Part shown: positions 1 through 14,800 of the stretch, piece by piece
Layout of the letters: every line of letters starts with the position of its first letter
Numbering within the stretch: the first letter of the stretch is position 1
Origin: Tubiluchus corallicola
Lineage: Eukaryota; Animalia; Priapulida
Reading direction: 5' to 3'
NCBI GenBank assembly: GCA_030141605.1
Contig: JAQGDQ010000091.1
Coordinates: 62,001 to 126,000 of the forward strand
Length of the DNA: 64,000 nt
Translations under genes and position numbers: made by a program
The notes under the pieces: generated by a model
The model's input: only the letters and a program-made list of their open reading frames with translations
The model's database searches: none
Told to the model about the DNA's origin: nothing

Positions 1-518
1 GCTCGTTTGGTTTTGAGGCTCTGTGATATTTTTCCAGTTCCTAATTGAGAGGCATTCGTGTTTGACTCGTAGTGACCATTGCAAAATGCATTTGGCTGAC
101 AAAGAGGCGCCTGTATGGTTGGGAAGTTGGTGGTGGGTGGACTGGAATAGGCGTAATCATAGTGGCTTTTCGTTTGCTCCTGCCAACTGTCCATTGGGTA
201 CTTAAACTCGCTGTGATGGGGACAAGTCCAATTGGTGGTAACACGGCCATCTCCATCTCCCCATTCTGCAGGGACGTCAGGTGACAGGAGCTGACGCACT
301 AATGATGGACCATGATCACTGTTACAGACTGGTGTGGTGGATACAATCCCAGGCGGGCTACTAGAAACACTTCTTTCATATGTCATCTGGGAACGATGTT
401 CGCCTGGCTCTCTGACCATGCCATGAACGTCATTTACATGTAGATGTTCCAGACTGAATGAATTAAAGTACTCGTCGGCCAAGTCCGCGTTTCCTAGATT
501 TGGCAAAGTCGACTCCAT
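1..518 (-). CDS. N-terminal part of a probable large Maf / traffic jam-like bZIP transcription factor (truncated at window edge)
   Basis: ATG at 518 in a strong Kozak context (ACCATGG), then 172 codons open to position 1 (absent from the ORF track because it has no stop in the window). Starts MESTLPNLGNADLADEYFNSFSLEHLHV, resembling the large-Maf N-terminal LA(D/M)EYxxxFxLxx motif, followed by S/P/T/H-rich sequence. The bZIP is not in the window, so identity rests on this short motif. Confidence 0.55.
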   Translation of the reverse strand, partial: MESTLPNLGNADLADEYFNSFSLEHLHVNDVHGMVREPGEHRSQMTYERSVSSSPPGIVSTTPVCNSDHGPSLVRQLLSPDVPAEWGDGDGRVTTNWTCPHHSEFKYPMDSWQEQTKSHYDYAYSSPPTTNFPTIQAPLCQPNAFCNGHYESNTNASQLGTGKISQSLKTKR

Positions 519-2329
519 GGTAAATTAGGTCGCCAAAACAAACTTCTTGATTTCAGCAGACTCCAAGTAAGAAGTGTAGGAGTAGAAAGTTTTATTTTCG
601 AAAAGCTAGTTCACTCGCAAATGTTATACTCATTTATTACAAACTCATGCAAAGTGTTACGTCAAGCACGTCTGACTTTCTAAAATCTCTGTTTCTCCAA
701 ACAACGGAATCTCCAGGTAAGTTGGCTCACGTGATGCAGGAAAATAGTTAATAAACATTTTCCACCAAGGTTGTATTAAAGTTATCACTTTCACGAAGGG
801 GCGACGATTGGTCTGATGATAATAAGCCCCGATGATGACACTACAGATCAAATATGACTCGAAAATGAACTTTTCATGTGGACATGGAAAAACTGGCAGA
901 CCTGTATCTGGAATAAGTAGCATATGCGGTAAGTTTTTACTGACTGAAATTGCCCACTGAGACGTCCAATTACAAATCAACTTTCAAAAGTTAGATTTCA
1001 AATAATTGTTTTAGAAGTGGTCATAATTAACAAAACTTGGGATCACAACGGACCATTTTCCTACCATAATTCCAACATCAATTCTTCGCTAGGTTAACAT
1101 TTTGCAATGTTTCCGCTTAAAAAGCAGGTTTTAAGTATCAAATTGTTGTTAAATTCACTTGGTATTATCCACTTGCAAACAGTTTTGAGACAAAGCCAAG
1201 CAAAAAATATGACAAAATTTGAAAACAAGTTCACACACACCTTCTTCAAGCTCTTCTGAAGGGCAAATCGACCTTATCTAAACTGTAATCAAATATACAA
1301 CACTAGACCCACCATATGACAAGGTGGTAAAGACCACTGAGAGCCACACAGGGAGGACGTCTCTAAGAAATTTCTTAACGGCTTGTCCAATGACTAAGTA
1401 TATGAGCGCAAGTAAAAGCAACAGTAAGGAATGTGTTCTTTATCAAAACGTTGACATTTTCCTTCGTCAAGTTGTTGTGGAGCGTCAGTGTGGTCTTGAT
1501 TTTGACGATGGGACATACTAACCCCTTTAGATATGTCTTTAAACGCCCTCACCTTCAAGCAAAACCAATATCACGACCTAGAAACTTTGTTACTCTATGC
1601 ACTGTAATTTTGTCGTAAAAACTGTTTGCTTTTTGCACAGCGACTGCCAAAACTTTATTAATGTACAACGTTGCACGACCGAAAGTACAATGTTGCACCG
1701 TCTGGTCTGGGGTTCAAACCTACGTGCACAGACGCTAGTGATAAACTCCACGCTAGTGAACTCACCGACAACGCAATGTAAACAAAACTATAATTTATTC
1801 ATTTGCCTATTTCTTTGTCTACTTTTTTTAATTTAATTGAAAGTTAAACTAGTAAAAAGAAGGTTTGCTTATAAAAAGCAAATTTAAAGCCAAAAAGGAA
1901 TATCGTTCTTGATCAGAAGCTCGCTCTTTCTCACCTTCTTTGATAACTTGGCACATACGAATCTTCTTTAAAAAGTATGCACAAATCAATGTGATAGGCA
2001 TTTATAGCTGAAATCAACTCTAGTTTTTATTATGAAATCAACGTGACATGCAGTTATTTTAGTCACATATTGTCGTATATGAAAAAAGACTTCTTTTAAG
2101 ACGTGGCCAAAATTGCTAAAACAAATAGAAAAAGGATAAAAATTAAAACTTTTGGATTTTAAAAATGCGTTAAGTGTCATAACGCAGTGCTGCAATTACT
2201 AATCGTTTGCTGTGCGAATTTTGCTAATTCTCATGACATCATGTTTAGTACATCACCAACTGCATGCTTATAAATGGTAAATTCTGCAAACCCTGGATTT
2301 GGCCTAAGCTTTGGCTTAATGGTTTCCCT

Positions 2330-2914
2330 CTTAAATATTGTAATTCTTATGATTATTTAGGTTATGTATTCGCTAGTGATTTACGTGATGATGAGGTACG
2401 AAAGCGCAGTTAAAAGGTCTTTATGTAAGGGCAAATACTTTATTGTTTAAGTTCTCTAAATGTTGTATAAATACGAAAATAATGATGTTCAAACCACATG
2501 CGTGTCAATTTTACGGATGTGCCCTGTGATATAACTTTTTCAATATAACTACACTTTCTTAAAGGTGGCTCGCAATAACGCATTTCGTAGGCTCTTTAAC
2601 ATTTTGGGAAGATGTTGCATAAGTGAAAAATTTGTAAATTATAATATTCCTAACTATGATGTTGTTACACGAAAGATAACAAGATGCTTTATATATGGGC
2701 CGGCAAAACTACCTAATGATATAATTGATAATTTATATGTTTACTCTGCGTATTATAACACTGTTATATGGACAAATTGGTACAAAATATGTTTTGCACT
2801 ATGAGATCAACATGCTTTATCATTTTAAAGGTAACTTTTATTAGGTTTTACACCTTTGTGTATTGTACTTTTTAATGATCTGTCTTGTGTATTTATATTT
2901 TCTGTCTAGGTGCG

Positions 2915-2943
<29 letters not shown>
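2330..2943 (+). mobile_element. Degraded 3' end of a CR1/L2-group non-LTR retrotransposon with (ATGT)n tail
   Basis: Broken reading LKVARNNAFRRLFNILGRCCISEKFVNYNIPNYDVVTRK resembles the C-terminus of LINE ORF2. It is followed by an AT-rich tail and (ATGT)n at about 2915-2943. Confidence 0.5.
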
Positions 2944-2945
<2 letters not shown>

Positions 2946-5900
2946 TAATATAGTAAACAATGTGTATATACGGCTTCCAAGTGATAAAATTTTGTCCATT
3001 TTACTAAAACATTTTATTAACTACTAGTCTGTAGCTTTTACTAATATTACAAGTAAATTGTTTGTGCGATAAATGGTAGATAACAAAATGGCAAGGCCTA
3101 CTTGGCAAAATATATTTTATGGGAAAAATAAATACAGGAATAATACGAAACTTATCTTTTTAGTTCAGTGACGGTTCAATTATAATTTTATTTGAATAAG
3201 AGGAAGATTACATTGTATGTATGTGGAGAATGCTCGCTGCTGTTACCGTAAACTGTAAACACTGTAAAGCAAAAAATGTTTAATTTGTTGCTTTTGCTAA
3301 CGAAGTTTGCAAACGACTTTGCGTAAGCAACAAAACTTTCTGGGAAACTCTCGCTTACCTGTAATCCTGTGTGAAGTTCAACCGTTGAGAACGGAAAAAT
3401 GCACACTTTATTTTCTTCAATTTAAAAAAATAACAGCATAAAATTGGGCTCGTCTAAAAAACTTACATTGATAATAACAATTTACAGGTTAAGCGACAAA
3501 TAAAATGGACATAATGACGAGTACCTATTAAAAACGAAAAAAACGCTTTGTGAAATGGGCAGGTTTAGAACAGATATAATATTTACATTTTTGCAAATGC
3601 TTTCTGCCTGGCATTCATTGTTATTTTTGATCTTCACTTGCTGTCTAAAAGCGACATTTTCATTATTGTTTTGTTCTTGTTTCATGTGTACGAAATTTAA
3701 TTATCTAATCTAACTAATTAATGAATTGCACTAGCTTCCAGCCAAACAGCGGATCACTTGTTAGAATAGAATTTTTTCACATATAGCACATTAAGTTGTG
3801 TACACGATATATTTCATAATGTTCGTGGTTGAAAAAAGCTAAACAGGTCAAAAAATAAAACAAATCCTGTCTTTAAATGGTTCTAAAAATTCGGCATCTT
3901 TATTTCCTTGATTTACACGGTACGTTGACTTTTTGTAGCGCACTTTTTTCCACTCTGATTAGTGACAAGTTAGCCATGATTGGTCTTGTTGCGATCAGAA
4001 AAGATGTTGATCGTCAAGATGTTCACAAAGCTTTAATGGAGAAACTTTGAAAGCGTAACCCTAACTCATTCAACGTTGGACAAGATGGAATGCCTCATTT
4101 ACAAGGAACGTATGGAAATTTTGGATTTACCCTTCGTGATGTACTGGCAGTGTCAGGAAAACTATATAAAACCACCGTATTAGAATAAATGCATTAATGA
4201 CTTTAATGATTTTAACTACAACAAATTAGAAGAATATGACACTGCTACAGCTTATGGAAATCTAATAAAGTGTCGAAACATTGGTTTCAAAGTTCGAAAA
4301 CTCATGCACTACACAATTTGAAGTAATTATTGGATATGTTACCCTCTACAAAGATGATCAACATTGCGAAATTGCCGTTTGTACGGAGATGGTGTGGAGA
4401 TTACTCCATTTCTGTTTCCTTTTTAAAAACACATGTTTCAAAAGATATATATAAAATACTAATAGTGAAAAATCTAGTTAACCAAATTCAAGTTTCAGAT
4501 GTTGCAAAGACAACTAGATTAAAAGACGATTACGGAAATAGCATAAACATGTTGTATACTTCATGTTGACGTGAAGGTTGACGTGTTTTTCTCACCATCT
4601 GATATATTATGCTGAATGAATTTAAAATACTTAATTAGTCTAAAATTAGTGTTATTTTTCAGAGAACGCTTTATAAATGGTTTTCTGTTTTTCGAAAGAT
4701 GCAAAAACTATGGTATTAAAAAACGACTACCCATATACTATAGCAACACAGAATAGAAGTTTTGTTGTTCTGACATATAACAAGATGTGTTGATTTATTT
4801 TACATTATTAAGTCTTGTTGCCGCTCATTAACAGATTAGAATCATTAGAAAGTCATTTTGTTCTAAATAAAAAAGCTATTGTGCGAATATAAAAGTTTAT
4901 TATCTCTCTTTTGCGAACTTCATTGGTCGTTTGATAAACCATGCCATTGGCCCCTTTAATTGTGCCCAAATTCCCAAATCCTAGTCTACCCTTACTACAC
5001 GTGAAGACGATAATGATGTTCATGAAAACGAACATTGCAGTGTAGATGGAAAAACTTAATTTTTTTATGATAATGAACAGTGATGCGAATAACAAAAATA
5101 GAAGGCGTTGAATGTATAACAATAACACTTTTCGACTTACCCTAATATGAAACACTGATACTTATGAATTAACTAATATTTAATTGTAAGATTAGGTACA
5201 AAGATGATAAAATATTAACTATTTAGTTAATTATTCAAAACACATTTTGAGAGTAAACAAGTGCCGATTTTAGACTTACAATGCGTCAGTATTAAATTAA
5301 CAAGAGTATTGTTTGGGTTTGTAAAGTTACTTTTGTGGAACATATTTTTAACAACTATACTATTTATGACTTTGGTTGTGCCTGTCTAATTCAATTTAAT
5401 CACACGCAACTAACAAGTGCGTCCTGTTTAACACCATTAGTAGCATTAAAGTGTAAGGTTTGTAACCATTTCATTTTACACAAATATCTTAGCTTATCAT
5501 AGTGTCAAGTAAGAGCGATATAACAGATTTGGGTAGTTTACACTCATTTTGTAGTTTAAACATTAAAGTTTTGATATTGACCATATCAAATGCTTTCGAA
5601 AAGTCCAATAGATAGCAATAGACTTGGGTCCCTTTTTCCAAGTAATAATAGAACCTGTCTTTAAACAAGGTGCATAATCACAAAATTTGTTTACTATTAT
5701 TCAATCAAGAATTTTTGCAATGCATGATGTTATTGCAACACTTCTGTAATTAGTTTTGTTGTTTTGTTAGGCATTGTGTTCTATGCATACATTCATAATA
5801 TTAAATAACTCTAAAACCATAGTACTTAGAGTTGTGAAACTTACCAAATGGGCACCTGTGACACGGGTCAATAGGCACGGGCACACAATTTGGTCAACGC

Positions 5901-7619
5901 TATGGTCGACATTTTTTTTTTACAGTAAACGGCCAATTGAGAATTACATCCAAAAATCTGTACTGGCAGAAATTGCAGATAAAATTAGAATAGGAGATCT
6001 TAATTTTCGACTAGACATAATTTATCTCAAAAAGTGACTTAGTTTTAATCATAATTAGTATAAAACACTTGCTTTCAGCAAATTGTGCGAAATTCAATAT
6101 GAGAAATATTTTGCACGTTACGAAAATAGGGTTAGTAAACGTTAGTGCCGAGTTAGCAAGAAAAGTGCCATATTTAAACTTGATTCCACACCCTTACATC
6201 TAGTGTAACGTGTTTTGCTTAAACTGAGATTAGCCAAGTACAGTATTTGGCTTTCACTAAAGCTTCATCTGCAAAGTTTATCTTACCCCCTACAGTTGTT
6301 TGTTGTTTTTTGCATATTTGATGCCTCATAATTTGCATAGTTGAGGTACCTAATTTACTTTTTTGCCTTGACTAATGGTTCCCATGTTTCACCTTTTCTC
6401 GTAATTGCAGCTTCAATATGTAAAATTTTTATACTGTTCAAATAATTATTTTGCCTTAGTAAAAAGTTAGCTATATCTATAATAAGTAATCTATACAGTT
6501 CGCTATCCATGTCGATGTTAATCAAAGCATGGAAATAAAGAAATAAATTGAAGTTAATTTAAATACATCCTTAAAGCTGGGTCATCGTCTGAAGGCTTCT
6601 CAACTTGCTTTTCTTGTAAGCGTTTCAGACTTGAGGTAAACTCATAAAAACAGTTAATTACACATAAAACCACACGTGAGCCGTCATTTTTATTATTCCG
6701 TGTATCAATTGCTCATTTTGCGAGGTCTGTTCTGGTAACTGTTTACAGACTGGAACATGCAAATACACCGCATCATAAATATTCCACACAATGACGACTA
6801 GTTCGTCAGTTTTGCCATAAATTTACTTTCTTTAAACAAATTGTTGAAAATAAAAATCTAGACAATGTTAAACTGAAATGAACTATATACGATGGTTTAA
6901 TTTCAAGTGGCGTGACGCAAAATTAGCTGGATCAAATATCAAATGTCACTTGTTGCATAATCAAACATTTTTGTGCTCAATTTTCAGCCCTATACGTTTA
7001 TATAGTGTTTGCAGTAAGTCCTAGAGTACAGGCATACTTCGACTGCATCAATTGTTAAGTTTCCTTAGTTAATCAGCCACTCCACTATAGGTCCTGTTCC
7101 TGTTTTGGTAGTTCTGTTTTCACTGTTTAAAATAATGAAGTTGTCCAGACATTTTTCAGACGTCGCTTCCACGCTGGAAAACAATAAAATTATGATCCCA
7201 ATAAAAGGAGGTAGCTTGTCATGTAAATGTATGTTAATCGTTCAGTTATTGTTATTTCAGATAATTTAGTTATTTTAGTTAGTGTAGGTAAGCGAGTGAA
7301 TTAATTAGTCAGTTAGTTAGTTAAATAGTAAGTAAGCAATTAACGTAGTAAAAATGTAAGTAAGTAAGCAAAGAAGAAAGCAAGCAAGGTAGCAGAAAAG
7401 TAAGTTGATTGTTTGTTTGTTTGTTTGTTTGCTTAGCATGCGATGTCTTCTCTTTTACGCTATTTCCAGACAAAGAAGTAGACATAATTTCAGCAAAATG
7501 AAATCACTCTATCGACAGAGTTGTAAGGCACGTTGCAGCTCATTTAAATGCAAAGAAAATCATCTGAATCATCTTACAGAGGCACGATTCAAAAAACCCT
7601 GTTTTTCAATCTCTTCGGC

Positions 7620-7846
<227 letters not shown>

Positions 7847-8429
7847 CTTTATTTGAAAGTGGACAACACTTTAAACGTGTACCGATTATATCTAAAGTGG
7901 TCCACAAGAATACCATGAATAGACTGATTTCGTCATTTGTCGTTGATGTTGCTGAGGATGTGGTTGTTGTAGTTTGCTTTTATCGTCGTAGTCGTTATTG
8001 TCATTATCACCGACGTCGCCATCATTGGTGTTGTATTGTTGTCGCTGTCATTGTCATGATCATTGGTGTGGCATTGCTATTTTTTCGTTGTTACAATTGT
8101 CATTCTTGCTGTTAATCAACCAAAATTGAAATAGCTAATTAAATTTAAACGAAACTTGGCATGTGTTACAGCCCTATGCGATTGTGCTCTCATTTTATCG
8201 TAATATTTAAATTTCTGCAGTTAGGTGTGCTAATTATGCGGAGTAGCGCCAATGAGTTTAATTTTGTATTACAAAGTGAAGTGCTTGTTTTGGTTAACTA
8301 TGTAATTATTATCCCTCAGGTTAGCATAGTAGTGCCATCTACTGTTAACTTTGTTTACTAACAGAAGAAACCAGGCACATGAATTTGACAGGAGAGCAAC
8401 AGGTTTACCTGGAAAACTAGACCACGAGG

Positions 8430-8543
<114 letters not shown>

Positions 8544-9679
8544 CAATATGGTTACTCTACTTGAGGTTTAACAATTTTTGTTTTTGTTTAACGGATAATA
8601 TTGCATTTATTAATGGAACTTCCTCAGCAGAACAACAGTACTTCTGCAATGAGTCTTTGTGATCCTGGGCTGTCCGTTATGTAGTAAGCAACTATAAGAC
8701 CAACTTGTAGTCAGCCTTCCTGTCAATGCCTTCAGGTACTCTGGACTTGATACCGTGTGTTCCTCAGTTGATGGAGTTAATGCCACGTTCGATACCATCA
8801 AGCTGTCAGACTGTCCCAGCGCACGCCGCGATCGACAGCAACAATGATGTAGGCAGTTTCAGCTGTCATTGTGTCCTGGCTATTTATCCTGTTTATCTCG
8901 TTGAGTGTCTGACAACATACATCCTTTATTATTAACTAGATTCCCGTCAAGCCACAATCATCTCTGTTAAGTAGGGCTTGCCACGTTGAGAATGGGCCCG
9001 AGTTTGCAGAATGCCGGTTTACTTAAATTCTGTATTGGTGAATTACACAGAAGTTTCAGTAACTGCAATTTATGTCCGTGGTGCCATCTTTTGTTACTGT
9101 TTAGTACTGCTGTTCGGTCAGTTTAAAGGGCCCAAATCAATTTCTGTTTGTTTCACGATGTTGAATCGAATAATTCGATTAAGTGCAAAATTCAGAATTA
9201 TTGTTTAGGTATTTAAAGCTGTGGCAGAAAAGCGGGAAAACATGAGTACATGTTTCCACTATTCAGTACATTTTAGGCAAGTTAATTCAGTTTTTACAGC
9301 ACAAAGCTGAGAGTTTTAGCTATGTTGTTTTTCAATGTCATTATATTTAATTGCCAGAAATTGGAATACAGTGTACCTGATATTCAATACAAGGGCTCAC
9401 ACCAGCGTCTCTTTCTTCAGTGAAAAATTATCCATAAAATTTTTAAATTTTTTTGGGTATTTTAGGATAAAAGTACCCACTCTCCAAGCCAAGTGATATT
9501 TTAAAATACTTTAAATGAAAGTTGAACATTAATAAATCAAAAATATTCAAACTCATTTGGTAAAACGATGTTTTATCAGCACCTAAAAGGGAACTCCTTG
9601 CAATCCTTCAATTTAACTTAATTCACCTTCACTTCAAACTCATACAGTTAGGCTGAGATTTCAGGTCTATTTTGCCATT

Positions 9680-9750
9680 CGAGCCGATAGCTTAAATTGT
9701 AATGAGTGCGATCTGAAAGTTCCGGGTTCAAATTCTAGTTGGCCTACAAG
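9680..9750 (+). mobile_element. Degenerate tRNA-derived (SINE head-like) sequence
   Basis: A-box-like TAGCTTAAATTG and B-box-like GGGTTCAAATTC at tRNA-like spacing, without a complete cloverleaf. A related copy is at about 43245-43320. Confidence 0.4.
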
Positions 9751-10399
9751 AGCGTCTTCCCTTTTCAATTAATTAGTAAATTGATTGTTGATTGTACATA
9801 AATCGTTAGGTTTATTAATTCTGGCTTATTGCAGTTCAGTATTTAGAAAAGAGCCTTTATTTCTTCTACTTTGTTTAAAAGTTAGGCAGACATGTAACTT
9901 TCAGTTGCGCAATTAAAAGTTGCAAAATCTGTAAATAACTAAAGTGTATGAGAGCGCGTAGACATGCAATTAAATGCTCCGCAAATAAAAGTTGCAACCT
10001 GGGCTCAAACTTTTAATTGCGCAACTGTTTTGTAATGCATTGTTTTCAAAGAGGGCCCGCAGACATGCAATTTTTAATTTGCTACTTTTATCCAAACATA
10101 ATAATTAAGCGAAACAAGAAGGCAGTGTTTTATGAAGAGGCACTATTAAACATGTAATTGAGAGAAAAAACAAATTGATGTTTTTATTTTTTTTTATTTT
10201 ATAATTTATTTTTATCGTCTTTGCTATCTTTTAAGAAATTCAGTGACAAATTCGGAAAATAGAGACTAAAATAACTATGAAGTTTGAACTCTGTATGAAT
10301 ACCCACAGAAAAAAGAAGGTTCACGGTTTCGGCTGATTTTAATATTTTGCGCAGCGGTTTTTACATCTGAAGTTTTGGTACATATGTTTTTAATTACAA

Positions 10400-11180
10400 A
10401 TGGAATAAATATTTTTGCGACAACTAAAGACCATTATGCGAAAAAGTAGCCAAAAGTATAAAACTGTGAAGCAGAGATCAGATAATCAGGTCTTATGTAA
10501 CGACGGTTTCCAAAAGTCATCTGCATCTGCTCAAACGCCGTCAAAGTCGGGTGAAGGTGACCAAACAGAATCGATTATGGAAGTGGAAGTTCATTTGAGC
10601 AACAGAATGGAAAGTGTTGAACAAAGACTGCCTGAATAGTTCTAAGTCGTTTGTTGAGGCGGAGATGTACTTTCAAACTCGAGCTAAAGCAACAAGTTGG
10701 CGAACTGAAGGATAGGAAAAGCTTAGTAGAAAGAGCCAGCCAGAACTCCACGCCTGCTGAAGTAAATTTAGAAACGACTTATCTCGATCGCTGGTAGTTT
10801 TTAATTTGCCTGAATGAAGTAAATAGAGACGGAACTGTTTCAGAAAGCCTAAATTTGATAATAAGTGAGCATCTATCTATATCTTCCTGAAGTAGTGATA
10901 AAGAATGCTAAAAGCAATCTTCGAAAAGGTGACAAGGCAGGTGTGGTTTTTGTTGAAATGCGTTCAAAAAATAAAGACTTAATTCTTCAAAGTAAGTCGA
11001 AATTGAAAAATATTAGTAGGTTCGAAGATGTCTTCATCCAACACCAAAGGCCGAAGCACGAGCATGTTATTTACGCTAACATGAAAGAAATCATAAAGGC
11101 TCTTAGTAAGTCGTACATGAACGGAGACAGAGTCGGGCGATCTGGTCGAGGCGAAGTCAAACAAGGACGTACTTAGGCTA
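10400..11180 (+). mobile_element. Decayed LINE ORF1-like relic (CR1/L2 type)
   Basis: Interrupted reading including SLVVFNLPE and GVVFVEMRSKNKDLILQSKSKLKNISRFEDVFIQHQRPKHE resembles the RRM/CTD region of non-LTR ORF1. Stops and frameshifts are present. Confidence 0.5.
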
Positions 11181-11835
11181 CGTCTGCAAATCCTTTATTT
11201 TCGCATAATGAGTGATCAACACCAGCGTACTTCGCGTAGTAGTTGCAAGTTGACCCGTTCGAATATATAAATACCCCATATTACGATTTTTAAACAATGA
11301 TTTGAAGAGTTGTCATTTTGCAGGATATGGTTTAGCTGCATCAGCAGGTTCAATTCCGATTTTTATAGTTTTCATTTTGTTCTTTTCTTCGTTTAAATTT
11401 TGTTTAGAAAATTTCACGTTCATAATTTGAGTTCACTTCATTTTAGCTTTAAAGTAAAAACTGTAATAAAGGTTTTATGTGCATTCATCTTATCGTGTTT
11501 TTTGGACTATGCGTGGGAACGATATGGGCCTACATGCATTTTTCTTGTTTGCTTTGAGTAAACAAATGGCGCTAATTTTGTTTACAAAGTAAATGGGTGC
11601 GAGTCAATAAGCAAGAAAGACCATTCTTGAATTTCTTGGCTTAATACACTTATGACAGCATTTATTATGCCGTGAATGCGATACTATTTTTTCTGTGACT
11701 GGAAAAAGAACAGTAATTTTGCTGATGTAATGCTTGTAGAGCACAAGCAATATCGTAACTAACTAATACTTATTTTGTAAAATATACAAGTGTTAAAAAT
11801 TGCTTGACCAGTATAATAAACAATCTGTAAACATA

Positions 11836-14800
11836 ATGGATTTATATTATAATGAAGTCAGGGCCAATTGTGATAGACTATACGACATTGATATTAGTGA
11901 TTTGATAAGTGGACAAACAAATTCAGCATATAGTGATCAGGCAGCGTATTGGGACGGCTCTGATCTTCTACAACCACTTAACGAGATTAAATCAGGTAAG
12001 GTAAGATTGCAATAGCGCATTTGTTGTATTCGGCAAGTGAAGTGACATGCGATTGATTTCAGGTTATAGCAAACAGTCTGTCCCGGTGGCTTTCTTGTTT
12101 ATTCACACTTTTCTCTCTCTTCCTCCTCCGCCTTCTTTATTGCCGCTTTTCGTTTATTTTCCTTTTCTTTCTTCTCTCCTTTTCTACGCTGTGCAATATT
12201 CATTCTGTTTCAGATAATTATTTTCGTTTTAACAGATGATGAAAACAAACAATTCTCGTCTGATTTCCAGGAAAAATTATCCAAGAAAGGGACAAGAAAA
12301 AATTCCCAATTATTAGCAACTCTAAACTGGTAATGATTTGTTTAAGATACACTCTGCTAACGGGGTTCCAACACGGAATGGTAGCACACGTAGTGCAGAT
12401 TGTTATGACGGGACGTAACGTAACTCATAAGGATGACCCTGTAACATGAGACACTTAGCTGATGGATTCGTATAGGTCTCACGTTACCGACCAGGTTCGA
12501 CTTGCTAGTCAGTCTGTGACCTCCAAGCAATATATACCAATCAGCGTTCATTCTTGTCTGCTCATTTTGATTGTTACTTAAAGTAGAGGAGTACGGAGCA
12601 GTTATAAGTAATGAAACCGTTTCATTGTGGTGTTTCCTGTAATACCAAAAGGGACTAATTAATTAGGATTTTTCGTTCTGGTTTGGTTTTGTTATACACG
12701 CCTGCTACACAACGCTACTTATGGAAATACTTAGTAAAATTAATGTTAATGAACAATGAAAATCACAAAAATGAATGTTATGAGTAAGTCATTAAGTGGT
12801 AGGCGGGTAAAGTAGTTTAGTAGTCACATTGTAAGACTGGACGAAAACATAACGAAAGTAGCACTTTCAGCGATTCATTGTTTTTCCATGGAAAAATTAA
12901 ATAAAGCTACATTTGAGCTACATTAAGCACATGCCAAGGTGGGGGCCGATATGCTGAATTTCTTATTCGTGACCCAACGGGAAATATTATAGACATGTTT
13001 AAAACTTTTAAGTGAAATTTCACGATTATGTTTACTAAAAAATCACTCTTTTGAGATCAGCTTAGCATGGTATCTATTTTTTAGGTTATCTGATAATTAC
13101 GTCCATGAAGAAGGTGTATGCCTTCCAAGATGCCTCCTTTATTCACACTACTTGATTTTTTGCAAGACTAATTGTTTTAAGCCAGCAGGTGCTGCTACCT
13201 TTGGAAAGGTATGTACATTAGAACGTTTACATTACGACATTCACCTTGTAAGCTTTTAAAGAGGAAAAAGTTGACAGAGTTTGGCACATTAAAGTAAAAC
13301 GATATTAATAGGAATGAATGCTAGTTCCAAACTTCCACGGCAAAATCAGAACATTCCACAAGAGCTTGCTGTACTAACGCTGAGCTATTTTGTACAAACA
13401 TTCTTACAACGTATTGCGTCTTAGAAGACTACTTTTCTTGCTGCTTGCTTTTTAAAGCTTTTTTAAACACTTTCAATGAGAAAGGTGTGCTCGTTATGTT
13501 ACTTGTTTTATCAGAGACGTACATAATGAGTTAGTTAACTGTATATTCGTTACTCCCATCAATAACATTCACACTATCTATGTTTGAAAGCACTGTGCTT
13601 CTTGCTGCTTGTTTTACTAAAGACTTTTATAGCCTGTAAGAAAGCTCTATTTCTCGAGCTGCTTTCTTGTTTTGTCAAATATCATATATTGGTTTGAAAA
13701 TATAAAAAACCAGCCAGTTTATTTCTGGATGCTGTTTATAAATACAGGGACAAATTTACAAACGGTTACTAAATTAACAATACTAAACGTTTTTGCTTTT
13801 AATATTCTGCTTTGACATTTAAATTTTAATAGTGTATGACATGTAGTATAGTGTAGTTTTTAGTGTAAATTTTAACTTTTATGTAGCATTTTCAATGTGC
13901 TGAAATGAACTTTAAATTTAAAAAAATAATAAAATGTTTGTATAATAATTGTGAAAGTTTGTAAATTTTATGTATGTGCACGTACACAAACTTGTGTACT
14001 TATGCATTTATCTTCTTAATTTTAAATTACTGCAACCACCAATCAGAACCTTGTTGTAACCGTACTTTTGCTCATTCGAGTTTACGCTGAATATATCTTT
14101 TTTTAGTCTATCTTATTCTAATAACGTTAAGGGGGGGCGAAAGGGAATTTTGAAGCATGTCTCAAAAACGTACATCCAAAGCTATATTAATTCGCATAAC
14201 GCATATACTGACAAAATAAAGTAGACTATACTTTTGCTATATACTCGCATATAAGCCTACATCGCATATAAGCCGACCCCCTAAAACTGCTTTAAAATGG
14301 CCAGTTTTTGCAAAAACCCGTATATAAGCCGACCATCAACTTGTCTAATTTTACTCCATACCCAATCAACAAAATTGATCCCTTTTTGTCACATTTTGTT
14401 AATTGGGTATTTTTGGTTCATTGAAATTTTTTACTATAAAGATGTAAAATGCTTACTTTTATGTTACATACTAGAAGAAATTATACATTTTGATATGAAT
14501 AAAGAAGAAAATATTTTGTTTTCTATTTATTCACAAAAAATTATAACAGCGATGAAAATGTGTGGCTGGAAAATTGGCATTAGTGTCTGTCCTTGTGTTC
14601 ATTTTGTTTCATGCGCATATAAGCCGACCCCCTGATTTCAGTATTGTATTTTATAGTTCTAAATTCGGCTTATATGCGAGTATATACGGTAGTTAGTTTA
14701 GTGTGTGCAGCGAATGCTTTGACGCCTCTAATTATTCTTTTCGAACTTTCGGTCATTGCGGGAGTTTAAATTTCGAAGTTTCACAGTGTTGCTGCTAATA

